From: a virus
Lineage: Duplodnaviria > Caudoviricetes
DNA length: 61,843 nucleotides
Virus record (IMG/VR): IMGVR_UViG_3300042360_000496
Location: 1 to 61,843 of that record
Reading direction: 5' to 3' (one strand)
Under the pieces are notes generated by a model, which saw only the letters and a program-made list of their open reading frames with translations, did no database searches and was not told the DNA's origin. The translations under genes and the position numbers were made by a program. This document shows positions 19,302 to 29,736 of the stretch, piece by piece. Position 1 is the stretch's first letter; each line of letters opens with the position of its first letter.

Positions 19302-20002
19302 CAATAGAAGCAAATGTACAATCACCAAGTCCTGGAGAGATAGTTGAACTCTTTACAATTGATCTTACAGACATGGGTGGGACAATTCTCTATCTTACTC
19401 CTGGAGTGATGGATGGAACAGCTGTTGTATTCGATGGAAACATTTATGTACCAATCCCAATGGAAACCCAAGGATTTACATGGAATTCAAAAGGTTCTCT
19501 TCCAAGACCAACCATAAGGATATCTTCTGTAACAAGCTTAGTAAATGCAGTAATAATAGAGTTCAATGACCTTCTTGGAGCCAGAGTTTACAGAATAAGA
19601 ACATTTGCTGAGTTCTTAGATAATGGTTCAAATCCAGATCCAACTTCAACTTTCCCAATTGATATTTATCAAGTTGAAAGAAAAGTCAATCAAAACAAAG
19701 TCTTTGTGGAGTGGGAACTGAGCACTTATATTGACCAAGAAGGAATACAAATTCCAAAGAGACAAGTCCTCAGAGACACCTGTACCCACACCTACAGATT
19801 CTGGGACTCAACTTTGTTAGAGTTCAAATATGATAATGTAACCTGTCCATATACTGGAACAAATCACTTTGATGTAAATGATGATCCCTGCAATCCTCCA
19901 CAAGACAGATGCAGTAAGAAATTAACAGGATGTAGAAAAAGGTTTGGACAAAATGGTGTCCTCCCAACGAGGGCTTTCCCAGGAGTAGCACGTGTTCGAT
20001 AA
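19298..20002 (+). CDS. Minor tail protein L (Fe-S cysteines)
   Basis: LPRP, C..YR, CPY.G, D.C.K...GC..RF, FPG. Confidence 0.9.
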   Translation: MTIEANVQSPSPGEIVELFTIDLTDMGGTILYLTPGVMDGTAVVFDGNIYVPIPMETQGFTWNSKGSLPRPTIRISSVTSLVNAVIIEFNDLLGARVYRIRTFAEFLDNGSNPDPTSTFPIDIYQVERKVNQNKVFVEWELSTYIDQEGIQIPKRQVLRDTCTHTYRFWDSTLLEFKYDNVTCPYTGTNHFDVNDDPCNPPQDRCSKKLTGCRKRFGQNGVLPTRAFPGVARVR

Positions 20003-20702
20003 CTATAAAACAGAAATTCAGGATTATCTTATTTCTCAATACCCACGAGAAGGTGTAGTCGCCATAACCTCCTTGGGCTTAGAGTTCTTAGAAAATATTG
20101 CAGAGGAGCCAAACGAGCAATTTAGACTCAAAAAAGAAGACACCCTAAGAATATATGAGAATGGATTGTTAGCAATCGTACACAGTCACCCAGATCAGTT
20201 TCATTGTCCTTCTGCCCAAGATATGAAGGGACAATCTGAAAGTGGAGTTCCATGGGGAATTTGTAAGACTGTTGAAGGACAATCAACTGAAATTCTTTGG
20301 TTTGGTGATCAAATAGAAAAGAAACAATTGATCGGTAGACCCTTTGTACACGGTGTTACAGACTGTTATAATTTGATCAAGGATTATTACAAAGAAACAT
20401 ATCAAATAGAGCTAAAGGACTATCCAAGAGACTGGGAGTGGTGGTTAAAACAAAATCTTTATGAAGAATTCTTTGGTGATTGTGGTTTTGAAATAGTTCA
20501 AGACCAACCACAATGTGGGGATGTGTTTTTAGCTAAAATTAAATCAAATGTATTCAACCATGGTGGAATTTATCTGGGAAAGGAATTGATTCTTCATCAC
20601 CTAACATCAACAAAACCAATAGATTTCAGTCGGATAAGTAAGAGAGAACCAATATCTAGATGGAATAATTTTATAAGAGTTTGGCTCAGGTATAAAAAAT
20701 GA
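19992..20702 (+). CDS. Tail assembly protein K (JAB + NlpC/P60)
   Basis: HSHP..PS..D JAB motif; DCY, NH.GIY, HH. Confidence 0.9.
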   Translation: MFDNYKTEIQDYLISQYPREGVVAITSLGLEFLENIAEEPNEQFRLKKEDTLRIYENGLLAIVHSHPDQFHCPSAQDMKGQSESGVPWGICKTVEGQSTEILWFGDQIEKKQLIGRPFVHGVTDCYNLIKDYYKETYQIELKDYPRDWEWWLKQNLYEEFFGDCGFEIVQDQPQCGDVFLAKIKSNVFNHGGIYLGKELILHHLTSTKPIDFSRISKREPISRWNNFIRVWLRYKK

Positions 20703-21481
20703 AAAGAAAAATAGTTCTCCATGGGAGATTAAAAGAAAAGTTTGGTGAGTCTTATGAAATGGAAGTTTCAACTCCAGCAGAAGCTGTGAGATCTCTATGT
20801 TTTCAACTAAAGGGTTTCAGAGATGAATTGAAGACTGGTTCTTACTATGTTATCAGAGGAAAAAAGAAAATCGGAGAAGATAAACTCCATTTTGGATTTG
20901 GTAAAGTAAGAGAGTTCCACCTTGTACCAGTCCTGGAAGGAGCAAAATCTGGTGTTGGAAAAGCAATCGGATTAGCTGTACTTGGGATTGCTCTTATCGC
21001 AGCTGCCGTTGTATTCGCTCCAGCTGCAGGTCTAGGAGCAACCGCTTTCACAGTTCTAGGAACTTCTGTAACCTTTGGGCAGATAGCACTTCTTGGAGGT
21101 GCTTTGGTTTTGGCTGGGGTTGCAACTTTACTTACACCCACACCCAAAGTAAATTCAGCAGACTACAATAGTCGAGAATCTGCGGATCAGAGAAAATCCT
21201 TTCTCTATAATGGAGCAACAAATACAGTTGAACAAGGACAACCTGTTCCACTCGTCTATGGAAGGATGAGAGTTGGGAGTGTTGTGATTTCAACAGGTAT
21301 TGATACTGTTCAACTTAGTGGTGGAGATCCACCTCCAGCTCCACTTGTTTCTTCACCAATAACACAACCTCCTCCAAAACTAAGAATAAACGAATTCTTT
21401 AACAATAACAAAGTTCTCTACAAAAATACAGGATTCGAGGATTCAATCTTTGTCAATCACTTTATCAACAGAGGAAGCTAA
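20699..21481 (+). CDS. Tail assembly protein I (ubiquitin-like N-terminus)
   Basis: L.G.L...FG, PAEA.R.L, QG.PVP.VYG...VGS.VIS. Confidence 0.9.
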   Translation: MKRKIVLHGRLKEKFGESYEMEVSTPAEAVRSLCFQLKGFRDELKTGSYYVIRGKKKIGEDKLHFGFGKVREFHLVPVLEGAKSGVGKAIGLAVLGIALIAAAVVFAPAAGLGATAFTVLGTSVTFGQIALLGGALVLAGVATLLTPTPKVNSADYNSRESADQRKSFLYNGATNTVEQGQPVPLVYGRMRVGSVVISTGIDTVQLSGGDPPPAPLVSSPITQPPPKLRINEFFNNNKVLYKNTGFEDSIFVNHFINRGS

Positions 21482-24400
21482 TTGAAAAGAAGAGAGATAA
21501 AAGGAGAAAAAGGATGTTTTGCTAGAGGCTCTCTAGTGATGATGGCTGACAAGACAGAAGTCAACATTGAATGCTTACAAATTGGAGATAAGTTACTTGG
21601 ATTTGAACCAAATGGAGAACTCTGCGAGACAACAGTCCAAGAGATAAGAAAACATGAGAATGAGAAAGCTTGGGAGTTTAGATTTTGGAATAGTACTGTT
21701 ACATGTACATCAAATCATTGGATTTTAAACCAGTTCAATTCCTTCGTTGAGATAGCTTCTCTAACTTGTGAAGATGCAGCAGTAAATGTGAACGGTCATT
21801 TGGAGCCACTCTACAGAGACCTTTCACTTGGGCTTGACACAGATGTCTTCTCTATAATCACCACAAATCACACCTTAATTGTAAACAAATTAAGATTCCA
21901 CAACGGTGGTTTGGGTTTAGAGCCTCACTTAGCTGGTAAGAAGGGGGGTGGCAAAGGGGACGGTGGAGGACAAGCCAGAACACCAGTTGAAAATCCAAAC
22001 AATCTTCAGAGTAAGAACATTGCCAGAATAATAGATTTGATATCTGAAGGTCCAATCCAAGGTTTGGTTGATGGATTTAAATCAATATACTTAGATGATA
22101 CACCAATACAAAATGATGATGACAGCTACAACTTTCAAGGATTTGAAATAGAAGGAAGACTTGGATACCCAGACCAAGACTTCTTGGCAGGTTTTAAACA
22201 AGCTGAAGCAGAAATATCTGTAGGGACAGAATTATTATTTGGGTCTCCTGTTGTAAGAACTATTAGTGATCCAGATTTAGATGCTTTAATTGTCAAGATA
22301 CAGATTCCAAACCTTTCTACAGTAAATTTAACTACGGGAGACACAACAGGTGGTTCTGTAACAATTAAGATAGAACTGAGAGAAAATGCTGGAGTTTACG
22401 AAACAATAATCCAAGACACAATTTCTGGGAAAACGACTTCTCCTTATGAAAGATCCTACAGAGTCCCACTAAACTACAACACACAACCATGGGATTTGCG
22501 TGTCTCAAGACTTACAGCTGACTCTTTTGTACAAACAACACAAAATAAAACATATTTCTCTTCTTACACCAAAGTCACAGACGTCAAACTTACATATCCA
22601 GACTGTGCTGTTGTAGGAGTTGTAGCAGATGCTGAACAGTTTGGTTCCAGAATCCCCAGTAGATCCTATGAAGTCTATGGATTAATAGTTAATATCCCAT
22701 CAAACTACAACCCGACAACAAGAGTCTACACAGGTATTTGGAACGGAACATTCAAATTAGCTTGGACAGATAATCCTGCTTGGGTCTTCTACGACTTATT
22801 GGTAAATCGCAGGTATGGTCTTGGAGAAGAGGTTAGTGGATATTTCGTTGATAAATGGTCAATCTATGAAATTGGTAAGTATTGTGATGGGCTTGTATCA
22901 GACGGACAAGGAGGATTTGAACCAAGATTCAGATTCAATGGTGTAATAAACAGCCGATCAGAAGCTTACAGAGTTTTAAATACAATAGCCTCTGCATTCC
23001 TCTCAATGATCTATTGGGGAGCAGGTGTTGTAACTCTTGCCCAAGATTCTCCATCGGATCCTGTTAAACTAGTCTCTCCAGCAAATGTAATTGATGGTTT
23101 ATTCAATTATTCTGGATCTTCTCTAAAGTCTAGAAGCACTGTAGCACTTGTTACATGGAATGATCCAGCTGATGCTTACAGAGCTTCTGTAGAGGTTGTT
23201 GAAGACCCTGAAGGAATAAGAAGATATGGTTTCAGACCAACAGATGTTGCTGCATTTGGTTGCACTTCACGTTCCCAAGCCCAAAGATATGGGAAATGGA
23301 TCCTGGATACAAATAAGTTTGCGACGGAAACAGTAAGTTATAAATGTTCCTTTGATCACATGGATCTTCGTCCTGGAGAGATAATAGCGATAGCAGATCC
23401 AGCTTATGCTGGTGCAAGACTAGGTGGAAGAATAAAGACAGCAACCACAACTGTCTTAGAGTTAGATCTAGTTCCAACAGAAACAGCTGGAGAAGCTCAC
23501 TACATTTGGTGTACACTGCCAAATGGAGATGTTGTTCAAAAACAAATTTTGTCTTTTGCTGGGAATACTGTTACATTGGATTCTGCTCTAAGCTCTGCTC
23601 CTTTGGTTGGTTCTATGTGGGTCTTAGGTGCGGCTTCAGTAAATCCAAGACAGTTTAGAGTTGTCTCTGTAACAGAGACAGATAAAAACATCTACGAAGT
23701 CACAGCGATTCAACACGATGAAACAAAATATGACAGAGTTGAATCTAACATCTCCACACCAACAGAAGAATTCTCTATCCTTCCAAGCGGTAAATTAGGA
23801 AAACCTTTAAACATCTCAATCCAAGAGTATCTGTACAAAGTTGGTCTTGGAGCAAAAGCAGCTTTTGACATTTCTGTATCACCAACATCAGATCCAAGAG
23901 CCAAGTTCTATGAAGTACAAATCTTAAGACCTGGAGACACAGATTATAAAACAATCTCATTATCTTCTATCTTCTCTGTTAAGGTGGAAGATACAATTAA
24001 TGGTACTTATGGTGTTAGAGCCAGATCCGTCTCCTCATTTGGGCTTAGAAGCGAATGGCTGCAAAAATCTTTTATTGTTGTTGCTTTATTAGCTCCTCCA
24101 AAAAATGTCACAGAATTAAGAGTCACTGTAAATTCAAATCAGTTGTTTATGGACTGGGATGCAGTTCCAGACTTAGATTTAGCTTTCTATGAAATAAAGT
24201 ACACTCCAGAAAGTAGTGGTGCTGCTTGGGGATCCAGTCAGCTGCTCAGACAAACAACAGGAACTAGCTTAACTGTTCCAGCTGCTAATGGTTCTTATTT
24301 AATAAAAGCTGTTGATACATCTGGTGTCTACAGTTTGATGGAGACTGTATCAGTTGTTGGGGTTGTTGATTTATTAAACAAAAATATTGTTGAAGAAGTG

Positions 24401-25138
24401 TTGGAAAGCCCAACATGGATAGGGACAAAAACAAATGTAGAAGTTAACAGTGTAAATTTGACTCTTTCCTCCACAACGATGCTCTCTGAATGGACAACAA
24501 TCAACAGTATAACAAACATTGGCTATGACTATGATGGAGTTTACCTTACTGGAGAATACATTGCTGCTGAAACGGTCGATATGGGAGAGATCTACACCTG
24601 TACGATATCCAGTGACATAAGAGCATTCGGTAACAACTTGACCACCAAGATAGGTGATTGGCCAATTTTGTCTAATATTCTAGAACTTGGTGAAAGTGTT
24701 GATCCAGCTTCTTGGACTGTAGAATTACAGATAAGAAAAAGCAATGATAACATAACTTGGACTCCTTGGGAGAAGTTCTACATAGGTGAGCACAGTGCAA
24801 GAGCTTTTCAATTTAAGCTTTTATTGACAAGTTTGGACAAAAGAATTACACCTGTCGTGACTAAGTTTCTTGTGACAGTTGATATGCCAGATAGAGTTTA
24901 TTCTGGTCAAGATTTGGTTTGTCCTCCTGGTGGGTTATCTGTTGTGTATTTACCAAGTTTTGCAGCTAAACCAGCTGTTGCTGTAAATGTTCAAGGTGTT
25001 ACTGGAGGAGAATATAACACGATCACTTCAGCGACAGAAACAGGATTTACAATTCAGTTTTTCTCTAACGACACGAACACTGCTGTCACTCGAACTTTTG
25101 ATTATGTTGCTCATGGTTATGGAAGAAAAATAGGCTAA
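21482..25138 (+). CDS. Central tail fibre/tip protein J with N-terminal Hint domain
   Basis: DLISEGPI.GL, WTDNPAW..YD, EPRF, FN3-like repeats. Confidence 0.92.
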   Translation: MKRREIKGEKGCFARGSLVMMADKTEVNIECLQIGDKLLGFEPNGELCETTVQEIRKHENEKAWEFRFWNSTVTCTSNHWILNQFNSFVEIASLTCEDAAVNVNGHLEPLYRDLSLGLDTDVFSIITTNHTLIVNKLRFHNGGLGLEPHLAGKKGGGKGDGGGQARTPVENPNNLQSKNIARIIDLISEGPIQGLVDGFKSIYLDDTPIQNDDDSYNFQGFEIEGRLGYPDQDFLAGFKQAEAEISVGTELLFGSPVVRTISDPDLDALIVKIQIPNLSTVNLTTGDTTGGSVTIKIELRENAGVYETIIQDTISGKTTSPYERSYRVPLNYNTQPWDLRVSRLTADSFVQTTQNKTYFSSYTKVTDVKLTYPDCAVVGVVADAEQFGSRIPSRSYEVYGLIVNIPSNYNPTTRVYTGIWNGTFKLAWTDNPAWVFYDLLVNRRYGLGEEVSGYFVDKWSIYEIGKYCDGLVSDGQGGFEPRFRFNGVINSRSEAYRVLNTIASAFLSMIYWGAGVVTLAQDSPSDPVKLVSPANVIDGLFNYSGSSLKSRSTVALVTWNDPADAYRASVEVVEDPEGIRRYGFRPTDVAAFGCTSRSQAQRYGKWILDTNKFATETVSYKCSFDHMDLRPGEIIAIADPAYAGARLGGRIKTATTTVLELDLVPTETAGEAHYIWCTLPNGDVVQKQILSFAGNTVTLDSALSSAPLVGSMWVLGAASVNPRQFRVVSVTETDKNIYEVTAIQHDETKYDRVESNISTPTEEFSILPSGKLGKPLNISIQEYLYKVGLGAKAAFDISVSPTSDPRAKFYEVQILRPGDTDYKTISLSSIFSVKVEDTINGTYGVRARSVSSFGLRSEWLQKSFIVVALLAPPKNVTELRVTVNSNQLFMDWDAVPDLDLAFYEIKYTPESSGAAWGSSQLLRQTTGTSLTVPAANGSYLIKAVDTSGVYSLMETVSVVGVVDLLNKNIVEEVLESPTWIGTKTNVEVNSVNLTLSSTTMLSEWTTINSITNIGYDYDGVYLTGEYIAAETVDMGEIYTCTISSDIRAFGNNLTTKIGDWPILSNILELGESVDPASWTVELQIRKSNDNITWTPWEKFYIGEHSARAFQFKLLLTSLDKRITPVVTKFLVTVDMPDRVYSGQDLVCPPGGLSVVYLPSFAAKPAVAVNVQGVTGGEYNTITSATETGFTIQFFSNDTNTAVTRTFDYVAHGYGRKIG
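21515..21904 (+). other. Hint (mini-intein/BIL-like) domain, 130 aa
   Basis: Starts CFARGS, block B TSNH, ends FHN followed by Gly; no endonuclease domain. Confidence 0.85.
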
Positions 25139-25147
25139 AATAATTTC

Positions 25148-26449
25148 ATGTCACAATTTGATTTATCAACACTTTCACCATCCGACAGCGGTAACACTCT
25201 TGTTTCCTCGTTGGATTCCTTTTCGGCTGCTTTTCTGTCAAATAACTCTGGTGCTACACGACCATCTTATGCTGTAGAAGGAACTATATGGACTAAAATT
25301 GTCTCAGCAACTTTAAGACAAGTTTATTATTATGATGGGGATACAGACTTTCTTCTTTTCACCTATAATCCTGTTGCAAACACCTTTGTTATAGACTCAG
25401 ACACATTAAATGGTTTTGCTGATTATGCAAGAACCATAGTCAATGCTTCCGATCCAGGTGCTGTTGGGGCTTATAACTATTGGATAGACACAACCACAGG
25501 ATTTGTAAAGCAAAGAAATGCAGCTAATAGTGGGTGGATTATTATTGGAAAAAGTAATGTAGATGGTCTTCTTCTAACTGGTTCTGGCAATCCAAATGGA
25601 GTTGTCACTGGTAACTTTGAAGGACAGCAATATTACGATACAACTAATGATTTACTTTGGATTTATAGTGGCTCATCTACTGTTTGGTACAGTATTGGCG
25701 GGATAAAAAGTGGATCACTTCCAACCAACTATCACGATGTACAAATTGAATTTTTAACAGCTGCAACAATCAGAATTAAAGCTGGCTCTAGATGTAGAAG
25801 TACGGATGATACAAAAGACATTATCTTTACAGCTGATTATACGATTGATATGTCTAATGCTACTCCTACAAGCACAACAGGAGGAAGAAGCGTTGCAGAA
25901 GCAGCAAACACTTGGTATTACCTATATGTTGGCTTAACTTCTACTGGTTTACCTTTAGCTTGGCTTGATACTGCTGATTTAAGTGCTGGTGGTTCTCCGA
26001 CTAATCCAGCCGCTTATGCAAGTGGGAGAAGGCAATTAAAGATCGCTATACGTAATGATGGCAGCAGTGACATCTTGTCTTTTATTTATTCTGGCAATAA
26101 TAAAGTAACTTACAAAACCCTTTACAACATCTTGGCAGCTGGTACAGCGGGATTTTATACAACAGTCAGCGCGTCATCTTTCGTGCCTCCGATTAGCCGA
26201 TTAGCGACCTTGTTTGCATCGATGAGTGCCACGAATACAACAGTGGGGGAACTATTAATTAGGGAGACAGGGCAAACACTGGCCTTGAATACTGTGGTTG
26301 GTGCAATAGGCGCAGGCGGCGCATGGGCGGGGAGGGTGTTCTTCGATGCAACCTTAAATACTTCTCAACAATTGGACTACTCCTGGAGCGTATCCGCTCA
26401 CCAAGCATTTCTAGCTATTCAAGCTTTTGAAGTTACGGAGGTTAAATAA
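25148..26449 (+). CDS. Tail fibre/receptor-binding protein
   Basis: NSG..RPSYA..G.IW shaft motif; beta-rich; GC-richer C-terminus. Confidence 0.75.
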   Translation: MSQFDLSTLSPSDSGNTLVSSLDSFSAAFLSNNSGATRPSYAVEGTIWTKIVSATLRQVYYYDGDTDFLLFTYNPVANTFVIDSDTLNGFADYARTIVNASDPGAVGAYNYWIDTTTGFVKQRNAANSGWIIIGKSNVDGLLLTGSGNPNGVVTGNFEGQQYYDTTNDLLWIYSGSSTVWYSIGGIKSGSLPTNYHDVQIEFLTAATIRIKAGSRCRSTDDTKDIIFTADYTIDMSNATPTSTTGGRSVAEAANTWYYLYVGLTSTGLPLAWLDTADLSAGGSPTNPAAYASGRRQLKIAIRNDGSSDILSFIYSGNNKVTYKTLYNILAAGTAGFYTTVSASSFVPPISRLATLFASMSATNTTVGELLIRETGQTLALNTVVGAIGAGGAWAGRVFFDATLNTSQQLDYSWSVSAHQAFLAIQAFEVTEVK

Positions 26450-26929
26450 ATGTTAGTAATCAGAAAAAAAGATAATCACAAACAAATTAAAGCAAGTGGA
26501 TATGTTGGAAAAGGTGGACTTGGTGAATTTGATTCAAATGTTTTTGAAGAAATCGAAATTGATGAATTACCTGAAGATTGGGAGCAAGCGGTAGAAAAAC
26601 CAATCGCAAAAGGGAAAGACCTACTCAATTATTTAATAAAAGTAGTAAGAGAACAAAGCAATCAAGAAGGGCTTAAACCATCTGGGAAATGTATCAAGTT
26701 GAATAGATTTGAAAACATATTTACTAAGTGGAAATATTTAGATACGGAAACAGGCAATATTTGGAAATATCTAGAAATTGAAGATGAATTTACAAAAGCA
26801 GAATTTGACAATTTTGTGAAAAGTTTGATTGATTCACAGGCTCTCAATAACCAGAACGGAAAGAAAATTATTATTGATTCAGTAATTGGATTAATTCAGC
26901 AATGGTCGAGTACAGTAAGATTCGTTTAA
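26450..26929 (+). CDS. Hypothetical protein, possible fibre chaperone
   Basis: Abuts the fibre gene. Confidence 0.55.
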   Translation: MLVIRKKDNHKQIKASGYVGKGGLGEFDSNVFEEIEIDELPEDWEQAVEKPIAKGKDLLNYLIKVVREQSNQEGLKPSGKCIKLNRFENIFTKWKYLDTETGNIWKYLEIEDEFTKAEFDNFVKSLIDSQALNNQNGKKIIIDSVIGLIQQWSSTVRFV

Positions 26930-26980
26930 ATCTGTTTGAAATAATTAGTTTTTATTAAATATTATAGGTAAGCTTGTTGT

Positions 26981-27481
26981 ATGTCAAAACTAATTACAAC
27001 AGCTTATTACGACAGAAGAGCAGTCCAAAATGTTAATGGTCTGTTCACCATAAAAACTACTCTTGACGATGCAATTGTTGAGGAATTCTCAAAACTACCT
27101 GCTAGGAGCGGTCAAAATGGTTTCCTGGACAGTTGGACAACAGCTAAGTCTCCAATTCCGTTTTCCAATGAATTGATCTCTGATCTATATATTTGGTTAG
27201 ACGGACAAAAACAAATTGGTCAGTGGCCAACTGGTGGGCAAATTGGTGAGTTTTGGAACATATCCACTGATGATGATAGAGTCACCATCAGAGGTAAAAA
27301 TGGAAAAATAAGAAAAGTGATTGGAGCTCACCCAGAAAATGCGTATGCTGGGTCAGCTGGTTGTGTAGTTCTTCTACATGAGACTGAAGAACAAAAACAA
27401 CGAATTTTGGCAGTAAGAGATTATTTGAAACAGTTACATGAAGTCAGAAAAATAGAGAAAATTAGGCTGATTGTATTATGA
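26981..27481 (+). CDS. Candidate endolysin, L,D-transpeptidase/Tlde1-like fold
   Basis: A.SG, PIP and H-x6-GSAGC motif; directly upstream of a holin-like gene. Confidence 0.55.
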   Translation: MSKLITTAYYDRRAVQNVNGLFTIKTTLDDAIVEEFSKLPARSGQNGFLDSWTTAKSPIPFSNELISDLYIWLDGQKQIGQWPTGGQIGEFWNISTDDDRVTIRGKNGKIRKVIGAHPENAYAGSAGCVVLLHETEEQKQRILAVRDYLKQLHEVRKIEKIRLIVL

Positions 27482-27768
27482 ATCCAGGAGATGTAGATAT
27501 TACTCAATTGGCTCCTTACTTGGAGAAAGGTGGGTTTGCAGTTATTTGCCTCTTGTTGATTTGGAATCTTATTCAAGACAAAAGAGCAATGTCCGAAGAG
27601 CAAAAAAGATTAACAGCTGTCATAGAGTCTAACAGCAAGGTCCAAGAAAACATGAATTTGTTGTTGACCCTCATCAACACAAATCTACAGGGTCTTAACA
27701 CAACCATAGCTGTCCACAATCAAAAGATAGAAAACTTTGAAAAAATAGTCTATAGCCATGTCAAATAA
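27478..27768 (+). CDS. Holin-like protein (single TM + coiled coil, BhlA/UviB-like layout)
   Basis: GGFAVICLLLIW TM segment followed by coiled coil. Confidence 0.6.
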   Translation: MNPGDVDITQLAPYLEKGGFAVICLLLIWNLIQDKRAMSEEQKRLTAVIESNSKVQENMNLLLTLINTNLQGLNTTIAVHNQKIENFEKIVYSHVK

Positions 27769-28201
27769 GACCAAAGAAATATATAGATCAAAAAATACAT
27801 CGACTTTTTACAATGTTGATACAAACGTCATTGAATGGTCTGCTTCTAATATTCCAAACCTACCTGAATGGAGAGAGTCTCTCCTATTGGGCATCAAAGC
27901 CCAAATTGAAAATAATTGTCATAAATGGTTGAATGATGGAAGAAAGATGCAAGCTTTTGGTTGCCAAGAACAAATACATTTTGTTAACAAAACAATTAAC
28001 GATTTTTCTGCAGCTTTCTTTAAAAGTGGTAAAAGAAAACAAAAGATTGCTTTTATAAATTCAGAGCACCCAATTGGTAAATTAGCAATACATGCCTATG
28101 TTTGCTGCACAAAAGTGTTGTATCCAGAATTTTGTACTGTGGAAGTCTTTGACACCAGAGAAGAAGCCTATTCTTGGCTCTTGGATGAAAGTTCAGGGTA
28201 A
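27758..28201 (+). CDS. STAS/SEC14 (SpoIIAA-like) domain protein
   Basis: KWL.D.R, KIAFI, F.T.EEA..WL pattern. Confidence 0.55.
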   Translation: MSNKTKEIYRSKNTSTFYNVDTNVIEWSASNIPNLPEWRESLLLGIKAQIENNCHKWLNDGRKMQAFGCQEQIHFVNKTINDFSAAFFKSGKRKQKIAFINSEHPIGKLAIHAYVCCTKVLYPEFCTVEVFDTREEAYSWLLDESSG

Positions 28202-28305
28202 AACTATCTATTTAAGATTTTATGGGTCTAAAATAGGAAGCGGGACAACCCTTTTTGTTGGTTAATAAAAAGAGTTATACTAATTCTATAGAAATGGAGA
28301 AATAA

Positions 28306-29736
28306 ATGAAATTCAAAACACAACCCTATAAACATCAGTTAGAAGAATTCGAAAACAAAAAGGACACACTTGCATATGCATTGTTCTGGGAGCAAGGAAC
28401 TGGAAAGACTAAAGAGATATTGGATCAAGTTCAATATCTTGCAGAAAAAGGAGAGATAGACTCTCTTCTCATAGTCGCACCAAACATGATCCATATAAAC
28501 TGGATCAAGGAGGAGATTCCAACCCACTTGGGCTTAGAGAACTATGTAACTCACTATTATGAGTCTTCAAAAGCTGCCAATAAATCACACATAGCTGCTT
28601 GTGAAGCATTATTGAAGACAAAAGATTTTGCGATATTAGCAATCTCCTATGATGCTTTTATCACAGTTAAGGGAAAAGATTTTGCCAAGAAGTTTCTCAC
28701 AAAAAAGAAATGCATGTACATACTTGATGAGTCGACAAGAATAAAGACTCCTGGAAGTAAGCGTACAAAGACGATAGTTGCTTCTGGTAGATATGCAAAA
28801 TACAAAAGAATCCTCACTGGGACGCCTGTAACCCAAGGTCCATTTGATGTTTATGCACCAATAAAATTTCTTGATGAGACTTTTTGGAAGAGAAATGGAT
28901 TAGCCTCTTACAGTTGCTTTAAAAATTACTTTGGATTGTTCGAGCAGAAGATAAACAGAGGAACAAACAGGTCTTACGAATTATTGTTAGGATATCAAAG
29001 ACTCGACGAGATGAATGAAATCTTGAAGCCCATAACGAGCAGAGTGGTGAAGAGTGAAGTTCTAGATCTACCAGAGAAGACCTACACCAAGAGATTCTTT
29101 GAAATGACCAAAGAACAAATTGCGATGTACAAAGCTATGAGAGACGAGTTCATTGTTTTCATTGGGCAAAACGATGTAATAGAAGCTCCACTGGCTCTGA
29201 CAAGAATTCTAAAACTTCACCAAATAACTTGTGGTTACATTCCCGATGAGAATAACACTTTTCATCAAATCTCAGAAATAAACCAAAGATTAGAAGCTTT
29301 CAAAGAGGTTATCGAAGACATAACAACTCCAACAATTATTTGGTGCAGGTTTAAAAAGGACATAGAACTTATTCAATCTGTGATTGGTGACAGGATGGTT
29401 AGATTTGATGGGTCTGTTGATAACGATCAAAGACAAGAAAATCTAAAATTATTTAAGTCTGGAGAAAAACAATTCTTTGTCTCCACAACGGAAGTTGGAG
29501 GGACAGGGTTGACTCTAAATGAAGCAAAGACAGTTATATACTACACAAATAATTACAAGCTAGAGAACAGGCTCCAATCGGAGGATAGGTGCCACAGAGT
29601 TGGACAGAATGATACTGTTCTCTACATTGATATAATTGCACAAAATACAATTGATGAGCACATAGTTAAAGCTCTCAGAAAAAAGTTAGATATTTCCAGG
29701 ATCATTACTGGAGATGAAGTGAAGGAGTGGTTATGA
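28306..29736 (+). CDS. SNF2-family helicase
   Basis: EQGTGKT, DES, LTGTP, QSEDRCHRVGQ. Confidence 0.93.
   Translation: MKFKTQPYKHQLEEFENKKDTLAYALFWEQGTGKTKEILDQVQYLAEKGEIDSLLIVAPNMIHINWIKEEIPTHLGLENYVTHYYESSKAANKSHIAACEALLKTKDFAILAISYDAFITVKGKDFAKKFLTKKKCMYILDESTRIKTPGSKRTKTIVASGRYAKYKRILTGTPVTQGPFDVYAPIKFLDETFWKRNGLASYSCFKNYFGLFEQKINRGTNRSYELLLGYQRLDEMNEILKPITSRVVKSEVLDLPEKTYTKRFFEMTKEQIAMYKAMRDEFIVFIGQNDVIEAPLALTRILKLHQITCGYIPDENNTFHQISEINQRLEAFKEVIEDITTPTIIWCRFKKDIELIQSVIGDRMVRFDGSVDNDQRQENLKLFKSGEKQFFVSTTEVGGTGLTLNEAKTVIYYTNNYKLENRLQSEDRCHRVGQNDTVLYIDIIAQNTIDEHIVKALRKKLDISRIITGDEVKEWL

Noticed and set aside
21515-21904. Canonical splicing or homing intein
   Set aside because: The +1 residue is Gly and there is no endonuclease domain
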